Source: Octopus vulgaris (lineage: Eukaryota). Taken from it: 64,000 bases of DNA. Location of the stretch: assembly GCA_951406725.2 (NCBI GenBank), contig OX597823.1:108810001-108874000 (forward strand). Direction: 5' to 3'. Under the pieces are notes generated by a model. The model was not told the DNA's origin, ran no database searches, and worked only from the letters and a program-made list of their open reading frames with translations. Position numbers and translations under genes: made by a program. Shown piece by piece: positions 55,549-64,000 of this stretch. Position 1 is the first letter of the stretch. Each line of letters opens with the position of its first letter.

Positions 55549-56029
55549 GTATATATATATGTATGTATGTATGTACGCACGCAGTTACCCACACAGATAT
55601 TTTGCATTCATTTTCGTTCAAAAGATTTTTTGCTCAATTTTTCTCTTTTTCTAGTTTTCTTTACCTCATAATGTTTCTTTTGTATTGTCTCACGACTTTG
55701 ACTTCACACAAATGTTAATATTTTTTTTTATATATAAATGTGATTCAGGGGAGTGAAATAGTTTACATGAATACTTAATTTAAAATTATATATTTATATG
55801 TAGCCATATTACTTAATTTTATATATATTTTTTTTGCTACATATTTCTCGCTTTTTCTTCCTTGTTCTGCATCGTTGTTGTTATACCTCTCTAGTCCACA
55901 TATTTGTATGGAAGTTATACAGTCAATTGAATTGACGTAATTGATGACTGGTACTTATATTCTTAGAATCAAGGCAGATTTCACTCGTGGTCGGATTGGA
56001 GGAGGCAAAAGTTTTCGTAAGCATGAGAA

Positions 56030-56900
56030 ACACTGGAAAGTGTTTGGTGTTAGATCGAATGCCGCCAAGTAGCGCAGAATTGCAGACAATATTGCGTACA
56101 CAACAGTGGGAAGCCTAAACTAGTGGTACCCAAATGACGTAGAAAATAGCGAACCACGTTGTGTTTTTATAGCTCGATGTTTTAGCTAGAAATGAGGAGG
56201 AAGAATTTCAAGTAGGAGTGAGCATATTTATGGTGAGTGGAATGGTATGAAATAAATTAGTATGAGGAGTTGGATTTAGCGGGTTTTTAAAAATGATAGA
56301 GTAAGAGAGAATGGGATGATCATTAGTGATGGAGCTGTCTTAGAAGGTTACAGAGAAAGTTGGGCTGGTGATGCAAATCTTAGGAAAACAATCTAAGGAA
56401 AACAATGGGATATTGAGCTGTTGACGGGTCATCGATGTGGCTTTGATATAGTTGGTAGTGAACAGTTGTATGGCTTTGGGGTGGGGAACGATAGAAAAAG
56501 GTATGAACTGCAACAAGACAAAAAAGATTCAAATCAGGTTGGCGTGTTAAAGGACTAATTTAGTGCCCATGGTCACACCAGTTAACTGGAAAAAGTCCCG
56601 GAAAGGGAAAGAAAAGTAGTTGGTGTGAATGAATTTACTAATGCAGAGAGGTATAGAGCTGAAGGTTTCAAACACATTGGTAGTAATTTGACAGCAAGGT
56701 GTCCATGAATGTGAAGGATGACGGTATAAATGGATGAACATACATACTGAAAAGACACTGGGTTTAACAAGGGCTGGAGAAATAGTTGAAGGGTCTATGG
56801 GTTCGGTTGGTGTCTTAGATGTATAATGGGAAGCCTACCATAAAGTATGAGAAGTACTAATCGAAGCAATCGGAGATGACTGCGATTGGGTATTTGCAGG
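56030..56900 (-). pseudogene. Penelope-like RT/thumb remnant
   Basis: SIYTVILH (SLYTxIPH motif), NYFSF..DFFQLTGVTMGTKL (NxFxF..YxQxxGxAMG motif) and a downstream HSYL motif. Confidence 0.75.
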
Positions 56901-57371
56901 CAGGAAATGATGCAGTAATCTCAATCCACACATATATTGCAAAAAAAGTACACAGGTACCCAGCTCTTACACACGCAGCAACACACATTCGTTGCCGTTA
57001 CCCAGCACACATGCATATACAGTCTATTCACAGACTTTACTTCCTATTCTGTCATTCTTATAAAAAGAAACACATACATAGCACTACTAAGTATACACCC
57101 GTTTACCTACCTACCTACCTACCTACCTACCAACATATTTACCTATAAATACTCACACACACATACACAAAAACACTTATGATACTCACATATAATTCAT
57201 AATTACTTACCTCCCTTAGCACGCTCTTTTTTGTTTTAAACATTCATTCTACAACTTCTATTCTATCCGCTTCCATCCTAACATCAGCACTTTTGACATC
57301 AGTATTCATTTGCGCACAATTTTTTCCCAGGATCTGTAGGTGTGAATATATGGAAATACACACAGAGACAC

Positions 57372-57517
57372 ATGTATGTATGTATGTATGTATGTATGTA
57401 TGTATGTATGTATGTATGTATGTATGTATGTATGTATGTATGTATGTATGTATGTATGTATGTATGTATGTATGTATGTATGTATGTATGTATGTATGTA
57501 TGTGTGTGTGTGTGTGT
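57372..57517. repeat. (TGTA)n microsatellite
   Basis: Directly visible. Confidence 0.95.
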
Positions 57518-58059
57518 AGTATATATCTATATATATATCTGTATAGACATGAATACGTGACTACATACGTGTGTGCACGTTTGTATATATTGTTAAATTT
57601 CGCAAAGAAAAACATGCTAAATATTGTTGAAAAAATTATTTTTATCTTATAAATTGCTGTAAATTTAGAAAAGCAGTTTTTAAGGCTAAATTGCTGGTAG
57701 TTTATGCAGAGAAAGGATTTCTTTGGAAACGATTCTTGTGTCAAAAGGAATGACAAAGCAGCTTTATACATAAAATATTCATTGTGTTATTAGATTTCAA
57801 AGATGTTCTGAGGCCATTTTTCAAATATGTTTTCCTTGTATTTTGTAAAAGAGATGTCTGTTTAAGGATTTAAGTGGATAAAGAATATTTTCAATTTTAT
57901 AAAATTATAGCCTGCAGCTGTTGATAGGATAAACATGATGCTTAAATACTGAGAAGAAAAACGTTTTTTTTGTCAAAGATTGACTGAATAACGACAATCA
58001 GCGTATGTTTTTTGATAAATGCTGACAGGATGTCTAAAAGTAATGCTTGTTAACAAGAT

Positions 58060-58139
58060 TGACACAGAATATAGAAGCGTGTATGACACAGAATATAGAA
58101 GCGTGTATGACACAGAATATAGAAGCGTATATGACACAG
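58060..58139. repeat. 24-bp tandem repeat x3 (GACACAGAATATAGAAGCGTGTAT)
   Basis: Directly visible. Confidence 0.9.
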
Positions 58140-58571
58140 CCTGTACATAAGAGTTAGATATATGCGACATATACATACACACCTATGCACGTACATACAC
58201 ACGCACAATTACACTCTCACAGTTACACACACATGCTCATACATACATTCATTCACTCATTCGTACATACATACTTACACTGACTAGAAGAAAACAAGCA
58301 GTTGATCTCAGGTCCTACCTGATTGAGTATACTCCGAAAAGAGTCAAACAAACCATGACCATCACGTCTTCCTCTCGAGTGGTGCGCATTCATTAATAGA
58401 TCACATCTTCACATCCTTTATTAATTCCCTTTTTAGACACATGGTGTAATTTGAGTTATTTTGTTTACTCGTGGGTCTCCCACGTTGATTTTGTTTCACC
58501 GTTGGTTCATTAGAGACAGTTAACAACACTTCACTTAGTCTAGTTTAATACTGGTGTCATATTAAGACACG

Positions 58572-58733
58572 CAGCCAGTAAGTTCAGGGGAGGGGTAAGA
58601 CGATTACATCGACCCTAGTGCTCAGCTGGTACTTATTTTAATCGACCCTGAAAGGATCAAAGGCAAAATCGACCTCGGCGGAATTTGAACTCGGAACATA
58701 AAGACGTACGAAATGTTGCGAAGCATTTTACCC
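58572..58733 (-). mobile_element. SINE family B, lacking its extreme 5' end
   Basis: Reverse-complement core GAAAGGATCAAAGGCAAAATCGACCTCGGCGGAATTTGAACTC. Confidence 0.85.
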
Positions 58734-58734
58734 G

Positions 58735-58946
58735 AAGGCGGCGAGCTGGCAGAATCGTTAGCGCGCCGGGAACAATACTTAGCAGCATTTCGTCCCTCTT
58801 CGTGTTCTGAGTTCAAATTCTGCCGAGGTCGACTTTGCCTTTCATCCTTTCAGAATAATAAAATAATTCAGCTTAGAACTGGGGTCGATGTTCCCAACCC
58901 CTTCCCTGAACTTGCTAGCCGGGTACCAAAATCTGAAGCCAATATT
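58735..58946 (+). mobile_element. SINE family B
   Basis: AAGGCGGCGAGCTGGCAGAATCGTTAGC head plus core. Confidence 0.85.
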
Positions 58947-59997
58947 AAGTAAGCCTGAATAACCGCTACACACCGAAAGAACACCGAAGAATTAAATGTT
59001 TTGCTCAAATATATTTTTCGTTTGCAAGAAAGGATACTTGACTACTTATAAATATAACGCAATCGAAACAAAAGGGCGAAGAAATCTAAAAATCCTTGAA
59101 ATTCAGGAAATATGAATAACTACTTAGAATTTTTTTGTTGTTGCTAAACATCAGCACAAACGAATGACAACAACAGTGTTTAAACTTGCCCAAAGTCAGG
59201 AAACATAACCATAGAGTTTCAATAAAGAGTAAACCAGGGAAGGAAGAACACAGAAACTATAATTTTTGCCGGATTAAGTTAAAATTGCTTACATTTAATT
59301 ACAGATTTAATAAATAGCAATTAATAACAGAGACAGTTCATTTACTAACTTAAAACCATTTATAACATAGGGAAAGATACCTTGATTTCTTTTAACAAGA
59401 ATTTTACAATTTAATGAAATATTGCAAGGGCAAAATCTTTGCATACGCATACACACACAGACACAGAAACACACACACATACACACACATTTATATATAT
59501 GTGTGTGCCTGAACACATATATACAAATGCGTATTTACACAAACACAGACATATACACATACACACACACACGTACACATTCGCATATTTACATATACAT
59601 ACAAAATAAGGAAAATATAAATATTCAGTAGATATTGCATGTATTTTCATTTGTAACAGGTTCAACCAAAGAATTATTTGAAATGTTCTAAACCTACAAC
59701 ATCAACAACAAATTCGATAATAACAATCAATGCATTATACGGAACACTAACATCAGAGGGCAAATTTAAATCAAATTATAAAGGAGATAAAGTTGAAGAA
59801 TTCAGGAAATTCTTAATTATATTAATCTAACTTAAGACTCTCAAAACTGCAGGACATATCTGATGCAATCTCACCAAATATATATTTCTCTGAAAAAGAA
59901 AAAAATCTTTGGAAATGTATACACACTTCAAAATAGCTTTAGAATGTTCATGGAATTTATTAATGTCTATGATTAATTTAATTTCGGTTTAGAAGAG

Positions 59998-60035
<38 letters not shown>

Positions 60036-60739
60036 ATATATATGTATATATATATATATATGTATGTATATATATATATATATATATGTACATTATATGT
60101 ATATATATGTATATATATATATATATATACATTCATACACAAATATATATATTTGCATGAGTGTGTTTATGTATGAACTATCTCTGTCTATATATCTGTA
60201 TATCTATCTATACATCTGTCTATCCGCTTCCCCCTCTCTCTCTATCTCTTACTCTATCTCTCTACACAAACACACACACACACACACATATATATATACA
60301 TTTATATATATAAAAGAAAAATATCAGAATTCCCAACGTATACAGTGGAGTATAGTATATTTGAAATGATGAAGTCCGTTATTGATAATACACCATAACT
60401 ATATGTCTCGGGCTCAAATAATGACAAGGTAACATGAAAGGAAATAATCTATTTTTAAAATATATAGAACTCTTAAGTTATAAGTATGCAGTTTTAAGTT
60501 TTGCGGAAAGATTAGAACGTTGTCGAAATAACAACCCATTACGTAGAAATCTTGTTAAGTTAATTATTTCACAAAAGTAATAAGAAACAAAAGATGCAGG
60601 GCCTAAAATAATATTTTGATAAGGAACTGGGAAGAAATTAAGATACTATGGAAATTATTATGAAAACTAAAGGTTTCAAAACTGACATAGCAACGATTGT
60701 ATTGTTATAGAGAATCAGTTATTATATTACTATAAAGTA

Positions 60740-61168
60740 CCGTAAATCCTCGAGTATAGTCCGCAGGGGATTAATTAAGCCAGCAGCACCTAGTCGAACA
60801 AACACTTCCGCGCATGCGTAATACAATAATGGTGATGTTCTTAACTGTTATATGGGAATGCAAATATGTTTTCAAATTGTTTTTGTTACATGTTATTCTG
60901 TGTTCCGAATACTTTTATTTTAATAACTGTTGCTTACTGCAAGTTATGGATGATTCTTTTATGACATCATTGATTTCAAGCTTAGCTTAAGGTATTTTCG
61001 CGCCCGACATCACAAAATGCGTCTGAATAAATATTGCCGCACAGCAAATAGAGACTCGGACACTGCTTAGAAAATATTTTTCATTTTTAACCTCGTATAT
61101 AATACGCACTAGGGATTTTGACATTTAAATGTTGGGGAAAAATGCGGATTATACTCGAGGATTTACGG
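60740..61168. mobile_element. Tc2/pogo-like MITE, copy 2 (inverted relative to copy 1, with an internal deletion)
   Basis: TIRs CCGTAAATCCTCGAGTATA and TATACTCGAGGATTTACGG with TA TSD; body matches 22147-22655. Confidence 0.9.
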
Positions 61169-61519
61169 TATATATTTAAATTAAGAAACTGACACGACTG
61201 TGTTAATTGTTGTGGAATAAATTAACTTTGATTAAATAGTGTTATAATAAGGCATTTGAGGGATTAATTGTCGGAGTGGTAATATTTCCTGCCAAAATTA
61301 TCTGACATTTAAATAATCTGTTTAATTAGTATTTTTATAGAGTATGAGACTACTTTGAAGTAAGTTTAACCTGCAACGCTGAGTATAGTATAGTATTTCG
61401 TAAATTCTCCCTATATATATATATGAACTGACACACATATATATATATATACATACACATATACATATAGATAAATACTCTACACCCAGGCGTACATACA
61501 TACATTCACACACACACAA

Positions 61520-61572
<53 letters not shown>

Positions 61573-61780
61573 TATAAGCCAACGAACGGCAACATTTCGA
61601 AGTCACTGTCAGATTTTCCATGTAAAAATAAAATCAACAAATTTCATAGCTACTCAGAAAGTTCTTTCAATTAATGTTTCATACATTTTAGCTATGAACT
61701 TTTTTTTACCGCATTTGTGCATAAAAATATGTATATGTATGTGTGTGTATACATGTGTTCATATGTATATATATCTAAAG

Positions 61781-61851
<71 letters not shown>

Positions 61852-61967
61852 ATATATACATATACATACATACAAACATCACGTAAGGATTTTGTGTAAT
61901 TGCTCGAGGAACCAGCTGACTGTTTAGTCAAACTGCAGGCAGTGTACTGGTTGCTTTTTATATGGTA

Positions 61968-62115
61968 TCTATTTCTTTACTACCCGCAAGGGGCTAAACA
62001 CAGAGAGGACAAACAAGGACAGACAAACGGATTAAGTCGATTACATCGACCCCAGTGCGTAACTGATACTTAATTTATCGACCCCGAAAGGATGAAAGGG
62101 AAAGTCGACCTCGGT
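61968..62115 (-). mobile_element. SINE family B fragment with the alternative tail
   Basis: Matches about 51147-51282 in reverse complement. Confidence 0.85.
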
Positions 62116-62439
62116 CTTTTTTCTTATATATATATATATGAAGGAATATTATAGGTGAAGTGTCGTTAACAATTAGGTTCCATGATACATTAATTCCTGA
62201 GTTTTAGACTTTGGTAGAATTTATTATTAAGGATGACTGCGTTCGTATTTCTACATATTAGCTAACCACATCTCATTAAGTAGTTTTGCTGGTTATCAAG
62301 TTTGCCAACGGGAACTTCACTGTAAGATTATTTCTATCAAAAACAACGTTCCGCTTTGTTGCTAATATGGGAAATCCGTATTTATTAAGGCTGCGAAATA
62401 GACTCAAAGGGCGTATAAGTGATTCTCTAGTCGACTCGT

Positions 62440-62595
62440 TGATTTGTCGCAGATTACACATTTTTGCCAGCCGAATGAACTGGAACAACGTAAAATGAAG
62501 TGTTTTGTTCAAGAACACAGCGCATCCAGGAATCGAAACCACGATCTTATGACCATGAATCCAACACTGTAAACAGCAAGTCACGAGCATCCACG
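62440..62595 (-). mobile_element. CORE-type SINE fragment
   Basis: Reverse-complement tRNA head plus TGTTCTTGAACAAAACACTTCATTTTACGTTGTTCCAG core. Confidence 0.65.
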
Positions 62596-62865
62596 AGAAA
62601 CTTATAGCAAATATAAATTTAAATTATAGAAGAAATAGCGAGTTTAACAAGGAAATTGGGTTGCACCAGCTGGGTATTAGTAACTCATTTACCTATACCG
62701 AAAGGTAAAGTTTCTTTCAGCGCGATTTGGACTGAACCACAGGGGAAAAAGCTACCAGAACCTCCAGCAATTCCGTCGATTTACAGCATGTGTCTTGTAT
62801 CGCCATGATAGATCCTTAGCCAGTACACACACATTTTTTTCTCTCCTTGTTTTTTTTCGGTGTCA

Positions 62866-62901
62866 CTTTCTGTAGAAGAGCGTAGGCTCGAAACGTAAAA
62901 G
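62866..62901 (+). ncRNA. Minimal hammerhead motif with variant core CUGUAGA, in a terminal fragment (~62826-62972)
   Basis: CTTT-CTGTAGA-a-GAGC-gtag-GCTC-GAAA-CG-TA-AAAG. Helices I and II intact, GUA site; homologous to the motif at 17094. Confidence 0.65.
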
Positions 62902-63271
62902 ACCTTTTCAATTCCTGAGCGTTATACTAATACATCTGTTTGTTTTGTACACCACCTGTCTTCGTGTTTTGTCAAATTTTCCATGTAAAAATAAAATCAA
63001 CAAATTTCATAGCTACTCAGAAAGTTCCTTCAATTAATGTTTCATACATTTTAGCTATGAACTTTTTTTTACTGCATTTGTGCATAAAAATATGTATATG
63101 TATGTGTGTGTATACATGTGTTCATATGTATATATATCTAAAGTATATGTATATATATATATATACATATACATACATACAAACAAACATATCTATATGT
63201 CAGACACATATACGTCTACATATATACATACATATGCATATATGTGTGTAAATGTATAGATATGTCTGTAC

Positions 63272-63302
<31 letters not shown>

Positions 63303-63770
63303 TTATATATTATATATATATGTATATACATATACCTACATATATTATGTAAGTATATATATATATATGTATATACATATACATACATATATATATATAT
63401 ATACATATAAGTATATATATACATACACTTATATTCAATAATTAATTATATTCACTCAGTGCGATAATACCTCTTCTATTAAGTTTTAATTACTTATTTG
63501 TTTTTACCGAAAGGTGAAAAAAAAACAAAAAAACAAAAGCAACAAAAAAAACAAGACAAAACAAAACACATTACATAAAGGAAGAATGTAAGTGCACATT
63601 ACTATAAACATGGCTTCCAGGCAAACAGTTATGTGATGCGAAAAAGTCACCGTAAGCATTCCTTTCACTTTACATCACTGTACACACACACACACACACA
63701 ACGAACACACGCACACGCATACACACACAAACAAACATACATGTAAACATTCACACACATACAGATATAT

Positions 63771-63861
<91 letters not shown>

Positions 63862-64000
63862 TATGTATGTGTGTGTGTGAATCTATACACAGACACATAT
63901 ATACGTGTGTGTATATATATAAATATGTGTGATACACTTTTACAAACACACTCACACATAAACATATGTATATACAAGTATACATACACAGACACACACA

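Larger units (their letters stand above)
61607..63185 (+). repeat. Local direct duplication (61607-61878 and 62970-63185)
   Basis: Near-identical ~220-270 bp blocks that differ mainly in (TA)n length. Confidence 0.9.

Overview
AT-rich, repeat-saturated eukaryotic genomic DNA. The SINE families and the (TA)n/(TACA)n/(GATA)n/trinucleotide load resemble an Octopus (cephalopod) genome; this is from recall of repeat families, not a database search. No intact protein-coding gene is supported. Almost all supplied ORFs are microsatellite or SINE artefacts. The window is a layered graveyard of mobile elements: about 12 copies of one tRNA-derived SINE, about 7 of a second, several CORE-type SINEs, Penelope-like, R4/Dong, CR1, Jockey-like and RTE fragments, a decayed Gypsy LTR element, two mariner relics, hAT and Tc2-like MITEs, and four non-autonomous Helitrons. 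The most interesting signal is a set of five minimal type I hammerhead ribozyme motifs on short Penelope-like terminal fragments. Four of them form two convergent pairs around (TA)n tracts, and three carry non-canonical catalytic cores (CCGAUGA twice, CUGUAGA once). Other notable items are a hAT MITE with a perfect 8-bp TSD carrying inverted octamer+CCAAT modules, a modular Helitron family, and SINE inverted repeats that could be ADAR substrates. All coordinates were read by eye, and ends of decayed elements are approximate.
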